This document shows positions 51,973 to 64,000 of a DNA stretch of 64,000 nt, in pieces. Below the pieces are notes generated by a model. That model was given only the letters and a program-made list of their open reading frames with translations. It searched no databases and had not been told where the DNA came from. Made by a program: the position numbers and the translations under genes. Origin of the DNA: Camelus dromedarius (taxonomy: Eukaryota); the NCBI RefSeq assembly GCF_036321535.1, contig NC_087437.1:103852001-103916000 (forward strand), read 5' to 3'. Position 1 is the first letter of the stretch, and each line of letters opens with the position of its first letter.

Positions 51973-51993
51973 TGTGTGTGTGTGTGTGTGTGT
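51973..51993 (+). repeat. (TG)n microsatellite
   Basis: Direct observation. Confidence 0.9.
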
Positions 51994-52429
51994 ATGCCCA
52001 AAATCAGCTGTTACATCACTATGGGCAATTTTACCTAGGAATCGCACTTAAATGTAGATGAAAATATATTAGATTTTTAATTTAAAAGCTATAGACAAAA
52101 CAACTATCCAATTTTTATTAGAATCATGGGCCAGATGATGTTTATTTCAATATTGTGTTTTTCTTTTTTTGGTACATTAAGCTGTTCATTCATGTGGTTA
52201 GAACAATAAGAAAAAAATTAGTTGTAATAGGTAAAATGTTTTTCAGACCATATATATTACCAATTTCCATTTGCCTCCACTGCAATTCAAATTATGAGCA
52301 GCAATTAAATTTTCAAGTTGATTTTTGCAATCTAAGTTAAAATGATCCTTGGTAATATATCAATGGGAAAACATTCTTTACCTCTTATAAACTCTATGTC
52401 AGATAATGATTACTCAGGTCACCAAATTT

Positions 52430-52830
52430 CCAAAAACTGCTAGTATTACTTATTGTAGTCACTTTCTTCCTTTTTTGTCCAATGTCTCATCTTTCCCCGA
52501 ATCACAAAATCCTGATAATTTTCCTTCTTTATTATCAATTACCCCCCCAAAACACCACTGCGGTACAGGGGTTCAAATCTTCATTATTTCTTAGCTGGAT
52601 TTCTCTGGCTGATTGCTGTTTTCTCATAATTAGTCTTAGATCTTTCAATTTATCTACCTGATTAACTGACAAAATGATCTTCATAAAACACATAACACTT
52701 TTCTGATTTTAATCTATTTTTATAACCGTAGCATCATATGCAAGGATTTTACACTATTTCTCTGCTTGGTTATGTAACTTCAAAATAGCTTTGTTTCATG
52801 ATAACTAATACTTTTGTGCCATCTGCCATA
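52430..52830 (+). mobile_element. L2 fragment
   Basis: ggttcaaatcttcattatttcttagctggatt...aatgatcttcataaaacacat. Confidence 0.5.
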
Positions 52831-53399
52831 ATTAGCCGTGTTCCTGGATATCATGGATAATATGTGGAATGCCACTAACGTGTCAGAAATAGGGTTATTT
52901 GAGACCTTGCATTAGAATCTTCAATTTTCCTTATATGTTTATAGGAAAGTTCTATTCAGAAGCAAGTGGAAACCCATGGTCATAGAGAATCTGAGTGCTA
53001 GAGAATCCATGCTGTCTGCTTCTAGCCATCTTTCTTAACTTCTATCACCTGATACAAGCAGGTGTTGATTCTTACATCAAAAATCTTTTCCTATGACTCC
53101 TACCAAAGGTTCCTTATGAGATCAGGGGTAAATCCATCATAGACTTTTAGGACTTGGTATGGCTAGTCTGAATAAGATGGAAATTCAAGCTTCCTTTTAA
53201 TACAGGCAAGCAGAGTTGTTTTGTGCCATAGAACACAATTAGACTGGTCTATCTCATGCCAGAAGACGACTTGGAAAGGAAATTAGCTAAATATATCTCG
53301 TGACATAATGAAGGGGTAATTGGACAGGAATATTTTGTTCCACAAGGGGGCTTTGGACAAAGACATGTTGTTATAAATGGTTGTGTTCCCTTAATTGGG

Positions 53400-53835
53400 A
53401 GAAAAAATTGCAACAAATATTGCTAATAGGTTAAGTCAGATGAGTTCTGAAAAAATGATAATTACATTCAACATTTAGAGGTGAATGCTTGAAAGGAATG
53501 GTGGCCACAAAAATCTTTTTAGTGTGTATTCAAAAAAGAATAAATATTATAGCTGTAAAAATAAGCAGAGAAGTAAGTCACTGTTTGAAGGAGACAAAGG
53601 ATCATTGGAAGGATTTGCTTTTTCCTCTTTTAGGTACTGGGTAGTACACTGACAGGACTGATTCAGTAAAGATGGAACAGTCAATTATGAAAAAGTACAA
53701 AGGAACAATCACATATGGAATAAGATTAAATAATCAAATATACACTGAATCCAGTACACAAGAGCATATGTCCTTACACAGGACAATAGATGGTTCATCA
53801 TTCAGTCAAGAGGGGAGGAAGACAGCTGAGAATTT
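53400..53835 (-). mobile_element. L2 fragment
   Basis: gctaataggttaagtcagatgagttctgaaaa...tagctgtaaaaataagcagagaag...ggatcattggaaggattt. Confidence 0.5.
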
Positions 53836-54857
53836 TGGTACTTCTGTGTGTTTAAATGTGGTCCCACCTTTATCCAAAAACCTCTGAAATTGAAACACTA
53901 CAGGACGAGCATACTGGAGAGTCATGGGTGCAACCTGGAGTGTGGAACACTTGAACACTATGGAAGGTGTTATTACTGGTAAAGACAAGATCTAGGATTT
54001 CGCCATAGAATAATGGATGGATAGACAAGAGGAAAAGATATTTGAAGATAAATCCAACTATTTGAGGATGCATAATTTGTGTAACTATATCAAATGTAGC
54101 TTTCTTTGTTTCTATTTTGCTTAGAGTAAATTTCTTCCCAGAAGATTCCTGAGTCTCTCATAAAAATACACCAAAGTGATCAACTTGGACATTCACACAT
54201 AAATATCACCCTAAAATATTGCAAAATCTTTCTGACTGACTTTAAATTATCCTGCTGTTCCATCTCACAACAAAGATGGAGAATCCAAATTTAACTACAT
54301 TAAAAGTAAAATTTAGCTTAGTAACTTTGACAACCTAATTATTTGGTAATTATATGAAAATTAAATGTAAAAATTAATTCATTGTTTTTCTATTCAAGAC
54401 ATGAACACCTATCAATCAAAAAAGAAAAAAAAGAGAGCAGTAAGAATTTTCTAAGACAAAAATTTTAAACTGAATATGATTAAAGAACAGTGGTACCTAA
54501 GTATGCCACTCTAAAACAGAACATAAGATGAAGCAAAATTTTCTTTTTAGGTGAATACTAACTTGACCTCGAAACTCACATTTATTAAATTACTGAGCTC
54601 CATTTACTTTTTTTTTTCCTCAATTTTGAAAAATGCATACGTGCAGGTGCCTTAGTTTACAACACTAGCAAAAATTCAACATCATATTTTAAATTTATTT
54701 TAAAGAAATAAATTTACATGTCCAACAACACCAGTTTATGAACTCATATATATAATTACTAAAACATTGCTCAGGAAATAATACTAAGACATGTGCAAAT
54801 AAAAGTCAAAAATTGTGTATAATTGAGCTGTTTCAAAACTGCATTCTAAAACAGAAC

Positions 54858-54928
54858 AGGAGGGAGGAAAGGAAGGAAGGGGGTTGAAAGAGAGAAAGAG
54901 AAAAAGAAAGAGAGAATACAAGAAAAAC
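54858..54928 (+). repeat. GA-rich low-complexity tract
   Basis: ggagggaggaaaggaaggaagg...gagagaaagagaaaaagaaagagag. Confidence 0.75.
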
Positions 54929-57529
54929 ATCCAAAAATAATTTTTTCAGTTCCAAGAGAAACGATGATACAGTACAATGTCTATTTAAAACTGAAGGAAC
55001 AAAAACTTAGTTCCCTAATTTCCTGCTACTCTTCTTTCCGGAGTTGTGCCAAATGTCATTATTAAGGTGGCTATTTACATAAGGGCTATAACATGGGGCA
55101 CTTAAAGGTTAAAGTCAGTAGTAGAAAGAACTTCATTAAAAAGGCCACATTTTCAAAATGGGAAGGTCTTTTTTTACAAGTACCGCTAAATGGGGGAATT
55201 AAGGCAGTGACCCAAATAATTAAAGTAAAACAAACCCTATGCATCTGAGAGAAAAATAGAACTTTGAAGCTTAAATCATCCCGAATTACTGTCTACATTC
55301 ATCAAATTAATGGGTAATTGCTCAGCATGCACTTTAGAGAGGCTACGTTATCTTCCAACTGAAGTCATTTCTATGTGCAGACACTGATTTACTTTTGTTT
55401 TATGCTTTTCAAAGTCTCGGAGCGATTGATTTCCTGTAATAAAAATGAGCTAATTTTGATATTAAGACTGGAGAAAATTGTATAGTCAGTCTGTCCTAAG
55501 TAGTGCTTATTTTTATTTTTGTATTTTGAAATCCATATATTGTAAGGGTCAGATAAAGTATTGTGGCGATGGTAGAAATTACATAATAAAATGTTATCTT
55601 TTCAAGCTATCTAAAACATATAAATTGGAAGCACATGGCCCCCTACAACTCCGCCAACCTATTATTTCCTCAAGTCTTTTAAAACCACTGCTGTCAGAGC
55701 CCACTAGCTCATGTTTGTCACAACCATCAAAGGGATCGACAACTGATAAACAGCATGGACATCTTCGTGCTTCAATGGCTTCCACCCTTCCTCCCTCTTT
55801 CCACCCTCCCTTCTTCTCTTCCTCCCTCTGTTTCTTCATAGTTCTTTCTTTCTTTGCCATTGAGAACAATGCGAAATGGGAAATAGTAAAGAAAATGAGG
55901 AACATTTACTAAAAATGGCACACCGTCTTGGAATTTTGAGTATTTAAGCCTACAAAGCCTAGTATACAAATTCTAAACCTAGGAAGTTCAAATTTTGACT
56001 AAGATGATAATTTTAAAACACATTAAAGACAAAATATAAGAAGTCTACAAGACGAAACCATTATAGGAGGAAACAAATGAAAAATATTTTTAATTACGTG
56101 AGTCTGAGGGTCATGAGGGTGTGAGGCTGAGGTGCCGACTGGTACGAGAATGGCACACCTGGAACATACCTGGAAAATGTTCTACAGGAGGGACTGTTAC
56201 ACTTGGGAGGCTAACTGAGCACGTCTGGGAGGTATAGTCCCCAAGACTCCCCAAGGAAACTTGAGCAAATGTTAGTCACATTTCTCTTAAGGCACAAAGA
56301 GAGGCACTGAGGGAAAAGGCATAAAGCAAGTTTAGGAATGAGATAGCCAAAGGTATCCCCTGTGGCAGACATGTCGGATTAAAGAAAGCTAGAATCACAG
56401 AAATGCAAGGCACCCTGGTCATAGATTTGGAAACATGACCAATTCTAGCAACACGTAAGGGCTGTTGCAGACCTGTAGTAAAGTGAGACGATGGAGTCAG
56501 GAAATCCAGGAGACAGGATAGGTCAAATTCAAGTATAATTTATAATTCCCTCATCTTTGAACACTTCCCAAAGGACACTCTGGGAAGGCTTGCATGACTT
56601 TTAACTTTTAAATCCCACCACAGATGACGACAACACATAGTACAACCTGTTGTTCTAGATAAAAGACATCAGCTGGCTATTTCAGGTAAGGGAACCCAAG
56701 GAACCTAAGAAAGATGAAGATTTAAAGTCTCGGTCAGTATCCTTTACGTCTAAAATAATTATATTAATTTTGAATGTGAGTTTGAGGGGGTACCTACATT
56801 CACTGCCAAAAGATGGAGGAAAACTTTCGAGTGAGAAGTGAAATAGCAATTGTGTCAGAGGAGTTTGAAGACTGTGATAAGTGCATAAACAGAACTTTGA
56901 GTTGGAAATGAATTAATGGAAATCCCATGAGCTTTGCCTAATTTTCTCAATACTGTTGCTTCCAATCGCTGATTTGTTACTGAAGAAAATTAAATCCTCA
57001 TGATTTGGCAAGAAATGGTAGCATCTGTACAGCTCAGAGGGAAGATCAGTGATTTTTTTTTCACTTATTAATGTGCAATTCAGTCCTACCCACCTACAGA
57101 CATCTACATTCCTATTACATATTCTTTCTGTAGCTCATGACTGGGAGAAGCATATACAGAAATGTCATGCTGATGGGTGTTTCAGGGTTCACGCTGCAGG
57201 GCAACTTCCCTGTAGTTCAGGGAAGACTTAGATTTATAAGTCAGAGCCCTGGACTTGTGCCCAGTCACTGTCATAGATCTACAGATTGCCGTCTCGACTC
57301 CTGCTTTATGCGGGACTGTTGGATTTAGAGAAGTTTCAGGAATTCCTTCTTGCTTTCATTCTCCATCTTTTGTAGCCCTAAACTTGAGCACCTCCAGCCT
57401 TAAATTTTAGGTAAGTTACATACTTCATGAAAATAAAGTTTATAACATTAGATGTTCAAAGATCATGCAAACATACTAATATTACAATAATAGACAATTT
57501 ATCCTAAATTATGAAAAGATACTAGTTTT

Positions 57530-57675
57530 TAAATATTTTATTTATTATTGTATTACTTATCTTTTTGTCAGGGGGGAAATTAGGTTTATTTATTTTTAGA
57601 GGAGGTCCTGGGGATTGAACCCATGACCTTGTGCATGCTAAGCATGTTCTCTACCACTTGAGCTATGCCCTCCCC
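57530..57675 (-). mobile_element. tRNA-Ala-derived SINE (camelid vic-1-like) with A-rich tail and degenerate TSD
   Basis: Minus strand reads ggggagggcatagctcaagtggtagagaacatgcttagcatgcacaaggtcatgggttcaatccccaggacctcc, with A box tagctcaagtgg, B box ggttcaatccc and AGC anticodon, then taaaaataaataaacctaatttcccccc and an A-rich tail. TSD-like aaaagatactagtttt (57514-57529) and aaaagacactaatttt (57679-57694). Confidence 0.9.
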
Positions 57676-58139
57676 TACAAAAGACACTAATTTTGATATC
57701 ACAGGACAGATTACCAGTTAATATGCCAGTTATGTAACTGGAATTAAGGTAACTGGAGAGATTTCTGTTTCTTGTGAGTGTCCCTAAATTCATAGACATA
57801 ATAAATGGATAAATTTGAACTCCTGAGAAAACTTCTTTTTAAAACATCTTCAAGGTTATTCATAGTCACACTATATAGACTGAAATGGGAGATTAACAGG
57901 CAGAGTTATTTGCCCAAAATACTGAGTCATGAAAACACTCATCATTTGAAAACACCTGTTAAATCTTACAGCTAAATAACTGGAATATGTCAAGCAGACA
58001 AACTTCTTGCTCCCCTGGGGCCCAGGGTTTAGTGACTTGCTGCACATAAAGAAAGGAGGAATAAACCCAGTTTATCTAGCTACACTTCATTTAAATAGTG
58101 ATCAGAGCCTGACTAATCCAAGGGAATTATATTATCTGC

Positions 58140-58465
58140 AAGTGTTTTTGTCTATTTTTTCAATTGTTACATGGCAAATATGCAGAAAGTATACAAATCT
58201 GAAGTGTATGGTTTGATGTTTGATATATACCCACATGATGCTCCACCCCACCATCAAAAAAAAAAAAAAAAAAAAAGGAACATTTTAAGCAATTTGGCAT
58301 CCAATCTCATGATCCCTCTGTGGCACTGTCAAGTCCCCTGGCGCAGGTCATGACTATTTTTACTTCTATCACCAGTGATTAGTTATGCCTGATTTGGAAT
58401 TTCTTACTTTTTTCATTCCATGTTGTATCTGTGAAACCCATCAATGTTTTGCGCGTAGCTATTTT
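58140..58465 (-). mobile_element. L1ME 3'UTR fragment, antisense, with poly(A) expansion at 58256-58276
   Basis: gcagaaagtatacaaatctgaagtgtatggtttgatg...tttttacttctatcaccagtgattagttatgcctg. Confidence 0.7.
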
Positions 58466-58479
58466 TGCTAAGCCTTTAG

Positions 58480-59090
58480 CCCCCCTGCTCCTTCTGCTGT
58501 AATTCTTGGTGTCTCATCAAGCATATGAGTCACTCATACATAAGCAAATATTCGAAGAAAGGAGAGCCATCATAATTTTAGGTAAATTTCATCAAAGTTT
58601 TCTCCTCTCCATGATTCCATCCTCTAGATTTTGAAGCTTTGTCTATCACAAACTCAGATCTCAGTTTCCTCATCCCATTTCTTTTCTGCATCTCAAGTTT
58701 CTCCCTTTACTGGATTTTTGTCTGATCATTTTACAGACATACATGGATGTCTCTTACAACCACATATGTGTGCACACATGCACTCATGCAAAACATGTCT
58801 CTTCCTTCACATTCCTCTCCAGCTATTCACCCATTTCCGTATTTCTTTCACTCAAATTTCAAGTTTATCTTTTCTCTTCTTATCTCACTTCATTCCAAAC
58901 CATTTCGCTCAAACTGCTTTACCGGGATCACTAAGGACCCTTACAGTGCTGAATTTCAAAGTTGCTAGGCTGTGAACATCTTTATCAGTTTGTCAGCCTC
59001 ATTTGATGCAATTTTTAAGTTCCCCTATACCGATTCTTCTTTTGGCTTCTATGTCACACTTATCTTACGTGTATTTTTAAGATTTCTTTA
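58480..59090 (+). mobile_element. L2 fragment, sense
   Basis: ctcaaactgctttaccgggatcactaaggacc...cagcctcatttgatgca...ttggcttctatgtcacac. Confidence 0.65.
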
Positions 59091-59124
59091 TTCACTGGGT
59101 GGACCACTAACTATAAAGAAAAAG

Positions 59125-59480
59125 AAAGAAGAGACCCATGTTATGTGGCTACTATAGCAATCCATAAGGAAGCCTGTATTTGACTTAGTTGTGGAAAAGG
59201 ATAGAGAGATAAATACATATAAACAGGACATATTTTCTAGTTAGAATATAAATTAAAGGTACTATGGGCTGGTGAGAGAAAGGAAATAATATCTCAAAAA
59301 TTACTTTATTTCTAGCTATAGCAATTGGCTGAATGTGGGTACAATTAACCAAAATGATCATTTGCCAAAAAAAATCTGGGTAAGCTTAAAATTTCTCTTT
59401 TAAATATATCAAGTAGCAGACAGGACATACACATGTCATGGAGTTTGAGATAGAAGTTTGAAAGTCCATAGAATATAATG
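59125..59480 (-). mobile_element. L2 fragment, antisense
   Basis: ggctactatagcaatcc...ggacatattttctag...gcaattggctgaatgtgg...ggagtttgagatagaagtttg. Confidence 0.6.
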
Positions 59481-59507
59481 TAAGCCATTTGGAAAGAAAG
59501 TAGATTG

Positions 59508-59552
59508 CAAAAAACAAAAACAAAAACAAAAACAAAAACACAAACACAAAAA
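59508..59552 (+). repeat. (CAAAAA)n repeat
   Basis: Direct observation. Confidence 0.9.
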
Positions 59553-62500
59553 AGGAGGAGGGGAGCTCCATGGAGAGCTTACTTTCCAAATATTTACAGA
59601 TAGACCTCAGATTAGATAATTACTGAATTACTCAACAAACATCCTACTTCTCCAAATCTGATATCCCATCTTCAAGTACCGAGTTACTTGTGGATTGAAG
59701 TATTAAAACTTGACTCCTTTTCCCTTCTTTTCGACTCTTTACCTAGGCAGCCTGGGCAGATCATTTGAAAGCACATGAAATGGCTCAAGGTCCTGTCTAG
59801 CTTTGCAGGGCAGCAGAGTTCTTTTGCCTTACGGTGTACAGAATCCCAAACTCCCACACAGCTCCACTGTGCGTCCTGATCAGAGCCTGACCTATCAGGT
59901 CCACCCCCAGGGCCACCTTGCCTTGGCCACCTCTCTTCCCTCGTGTTGGAGCTGATAGAAAAATGGCTGGAAAGACAAGCCCTCAGTTAAATGATGAAAC
60001 CCTGCAACACATGTAAATGACCGACTGGTCTGTGTGCTTCACTTCTCCGTATAATCTTTGCCCTTATGTCTATGTGTGTACCTATCAGTCTGCTCTCCTG
60101 TTTCGTACAGCAGGATAGTAGGAAATGATGCCATCATGATTCTCCTATCTCCAACAAGTCGAGGTGTGAGTAGAGCTATGAGGAAATAAGGTATTGAATT
60201 TTCTCTGCCTTTAATAAAAGAAAATGGCTGTAAGAACAAGACAGCAAAGGGAAAAAGCTCGGGACACAGGAGGGACTAGCAATCAGTGATGAAGATGAAG
60301 AAGTAGTTTTTCCTGCTGGAAGAGATGGGAGTGAAAGATAAAGTTTAAAAACACGACAGAGAACATGGACACAAGCTGAGTGAAGAGAGACATCAGGTAC
60401 AAATGCACTACAGACCCGAGCCTGTTGAGCTGGTGAAAGCGGTCAGCACCTCTCCATGGCTAATATTTCTGATCAACTGTAAGAGCTTAACTGCTACCTC
60501 AGATCCACAGGCAGAACTTCCACCAACACTCTTACCCCCCATAGCTTTTCAAGGTGCCACAATACAAATGATGAAGGCGTGAAGTGGAAATATGAAAATA
60601 CCAAGCTCTTTCTGGATATAAAGATCGATTTAGTTTGGCGATCACAAGTCCTACCTACCCTATTCTCTGCATTCTGTGATCAGACTACTCACATCTTCCC
60701 AGACTGGGTATTTTTCTGCAGGACTACATAGACATGAGCCAACTACAGTATTTAACATCTGCCTGCCAACAAATCAGGTGCTGGATAATGAGACTTCCTG
60801 AGAAGCAAGCTGCTGGACCAGTTTAGCCAAATACCATTAATGGAGAAATTATCTTTACAGACTGTGGAAATGAGTGACCTCATTTATCACTGGAGATCCT
60901 GAACACTAAGGTAAGACTAAAAGGAATCTTTGAGGAAAAATAAAAGGCCTCCTAGCAAGGAAATTCAATGTTTTTATACCTTTGACTTTAAAATTCATTT
61001 TGAAAGTTAAAAGGAATATAATAAAAATATTCAAATGTTGCCTATAAAGAGCAGCTTTTTATATTCCCTTTTACTATGTGCGCAAAGAAGTAGGATGAAG
61101 GTTTTAAGTCAACATTTCCTGCAGTGATACAACCTTGAAAATGAAGAAGCAGATTTATTACTAAAGAAGAATATTCACACCGAGAATGGAGACTTTTAGG
61201 GTGCATTTAAGAAAGGGAGAAACACTTTGTAGGACTTTTGTTTCTTTCTAGGGACAAGAAATTGGCTCTTGTTTTATCTGACGTGCGCTGTGTAACTCTT
61301 TAGAAGAGCTCCTGTCTTGGCTCAAATAGGCCTTAGGATTAATTCATTCATAGCTTTCCTCTAATTAATTTCAGAGGCTTTTGGAAGCAACATCAAAATT
61401 GATTCTTAAAAGACCTAAATCAAAGAGAAACAGTGATTCAGACAAGAAACTGTCTCCAAAAAAGTGTATGATTCTCTGACATCCCATAATTCTTCCTCCA
61501 CCACCTCAGATCCTAGAAATTAGCTACAGTCCTAGAAGAAACAGGCTCAGATTTTAATTTCATTAGAGTTACAGAAGAGAAAAAAAGATACACAAATCAG
61601 CTATCAATGTGACAGTCGGTCAGGATGTGTTTTGGCATATAGTTAAGGTCCCTATTTTATGCATCCCCTTAAAACAACAACAACAAACTCAGCACCAATA
61701 ATGGGCCAGGATCTGGGTCTTTCTCTCTGCCTTTACTAGGTGTTCTCTCTTTCTGAGGTGACTTTCTCATTGAGGTTGACTTTTGAATGAAACTGCTGTA
61801 CACTCGCATTTTCCTAAGCCTTCTCTGCCTGTCTGATGTATTTAGGATTTGTTTTCTTTACAACAATGGAATTTGACTCACATTTTAAACTTGTGGGCCT
61901 GAAGCAGATGAAGCAACCTGCTTACTGGGATTAATATTGCTTGCATGACATGAAGCCTCTCCGTGCAACACCATAGCCCACTTGTTTTATATTGAATTTG
62001 GGAGTCAAATAACAAGACAGAATTAAAATGGGATGCTTACATGCTTCATCAACTGTTCATAAATGTCCCTCTTGGATTTCGAGGCAAGGAGTGGCTGGTT
62101 AAGGAGAGAATCATATTTGGAAACCTGATGTGATAGGTGTCTATATTTTGGATCTATCTGCATCAATGGTGGCTTGATTAATGATTTCCCTACTTTGTTG
62201 TTACGAACATTAACTAAATCTCATACTGCGTTTCTAGGTGTTCATATTTTGAAGTGATATCTCAGTAGATTGTTTCCTTTATTGTTGTTTTTTTCTAAAC
62301 AAAGAAAATCTTCCTACTTAGGGGCAAAAATCAAAGCTCCCTCATACTCAGGAATGAGCTGATTATTTGTAATAATTCTAAGCAAATAGAAATGATCGTG
62401 TAAACAGTGTTCCAATGTCTGAAAGGAATATTAGCATTCAGACTAAAACTACAGCATTTTAATAATCTCATCAGGGCTGATCAATTAATAAAAATGGGTC

Positions 62501-62769
62501 ATTAGGAAATAACTAGCTAGGCCTTTCATTAATGTGCAAATAAGCCAAAATAGTATTAACATCTTCCACATTTGCCTAAGATGCATGCAGACAATGTTGT
62601 TCAAGCATCAACCTCTTTTTCCTATGTTACTAAATTTTCTTAATTACATATTGTGTTTTACTTACTCATATAAAACACTGGAGAAAGGGGAAGTATAGGA
62701 GGTAGAAAATGAATTCATAGTTGGTCATTTGATTGTGCAAAACTGGTGTCATTGCTCTTAACTGCCTCC

Positions 62770-62985
62770 CTAGCTGCTCCTTCTTCACAACATCCTTGCC
62801 CTCACCGCTGCGCAGACTGGAAAACTCAGTCACCCTTGATGACAGTTTCACCTTCACCCCCATATCCAGTAAACACAAGCCCTTGTAGATTCCATTTCAT
62901 ATTAATCTATAGAGTTCTTATCTACCTTTCTTTATTACACTATTTTGGTCCAAATCACCAAATTTTGTTGTCTGGCCACTATAAC

Positions 62986-63024
<39 letters not shown>

Positions 63025-63625
63025 GGCTTCTACCAATGAATTCACACTTCTCCCAGCTACACAATTTCAATATTCACTGAGTAAAAATGTATTTTTATTA
63101 TCCTTGTGCTTATTATAGGAGAAGGGCTTCCCATTATTTTAAAAGTATAATTTTAAAAATAATCTATTACATGAGCATCATTCCATACCACGTACCTTCC
63201 CAGCATTTTCACCCTTGTCACACATCTGCATTCCATGGTCTAGACTTACATGTATTCCTTATGAGAAAATATGCTGTATTTTTTTGGATTCAACAGCCTT
63301 TACCTACTGTCTTAAATAGTTTTTCCGTATTTTTATTTTGGCTAAATCTAATTTTTAATTTCAGTATATGGTTAAATGTTACTTTGTAGTTAAGCTTCTA
63401 ATGACTTCCAAAATTGATCAAGTAGTCAGAGTATATGGATTCACAGCATGCTGCATTTTACACTTTTTAAAATGTATAACATACTTAATTTATTTGACTA
63501 ACACAGAAGAGCATATGCCCTAGGAAATAAAGGATGATATGTCTTGCACACCAGTACATCTACAGCGTTTCTTTAGTGCTTGCTAGATAGAAGATAATCA
63601 AATGATGATTTGAGACCTTCTTACC
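62770..63625 (+). mobile_element. L2 3' portion, sense, with a poly(T) expansion at about 62989-63022
   Basis: aaaactcagtcacccttgat...ccccatatccagtaaacacaagcccttgtagattc...tgtcttgcacaccagtacatctacagcg...agtgcttg. Confidence 0.72.
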
Positions 63626-63950
63626 TTATCATTCACTTGATTTTGGGAAGATATGGAAATGTAATTAATGTTAAACCCCAAAATGAATTAATAACTGTCT
63701 TTTTATGGTAAGAAGTATATTTTCTTCCATAAAAATCTCCATTTATTGTGTGCTAAGATCTTAGAATAACGCAAATTAATATTGTTTTAAAAAATCAGTA
63801 AAAAACTCTTAGAGTATGCACAAGGGCCTTAGTTAAACATTCTGGAATGAGCATGCCAGTTTACAGCTGCTCTTTTAAAAACAAATTTACATGAAAGGAG
63901 TGGGTTTAAACAATAAATAGACCCAAATATCAAGAAAATGAGGAAGGTTA

Positions 63951-63996
63951 AAAACAACAACAACAACAATAACAACAACAACAACAACAACAACAA
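63951..63996 (+). repeat. (CAA)n microsatellite
   Basis: Direct observation, one interruption. Confidence 0.92.
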
Positions 63997-64000
63997 GGTC

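Noticed and set aside
55478..55969. Longest ORF (144 aa, +) and overlapping minus-strand ORFs
   Set aside because: Non-ATG start, biased composition driven by a CT-rich tract, no recognisable domain or splice context.
56090..56560. GC-richer segment possibly a promoter, LTR or L1 5'UTR
   Set aside because: No CpG-island character and no family I can recognise, so no call is supportable.
57600..57675. Functional tRNA-Ala(AGC) gene
   Set aside because: Acceptor stem is mismatched and it is followed by a SINE tail and TSD, so it is called as a SINE.
1..64000. CRISPR arrays, operons or other prokaryote-type systems
   Set aside because: The sequence is mammalian, with no regularly spaced repeat-spacer array and no long ORFs.

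Overview
AT-rich mammalian genomic DNA with no recognisable protein-coding exon, rRNA, bona fide tRNA gene or CpG island; it reads like a gene desert or the interior of a very long intron. The host is most likely a camelid: there is a tRNA-Ala-derived SINE resembling vic-1 at about 57.6 kb, a short Tigger1 derivative of the artiodactyl type, and artiodactyl-type L1 3' ends. A large share of the window is transposable-element debris: old and young LINE-1, L2, MIR, MaLR/ERVL/ERV1 LTRs, hAT-Charlie and Tigger DNA transposons, plus microsatellites. ORFs in the supplied track are L1 remnants or spurious. The best-supported unusual structures are retrotransposition by-products: a TSD-flanked L1 3' transduction (28561-28781), a possible twin-primed or transduced insertion inside an MLT1A LTR (about 19479-19612), and a split, internally deleted L1 ORF2. 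Several repeat-free blocks look like candidate conserved regulatory elements or non-coding exons but cannot be confirmed from sequence alone. I found no convincing novel biological system. Repeat subfamily names come from recalled consensus sequences, not a database search, and boundaries of old elements are approximate.
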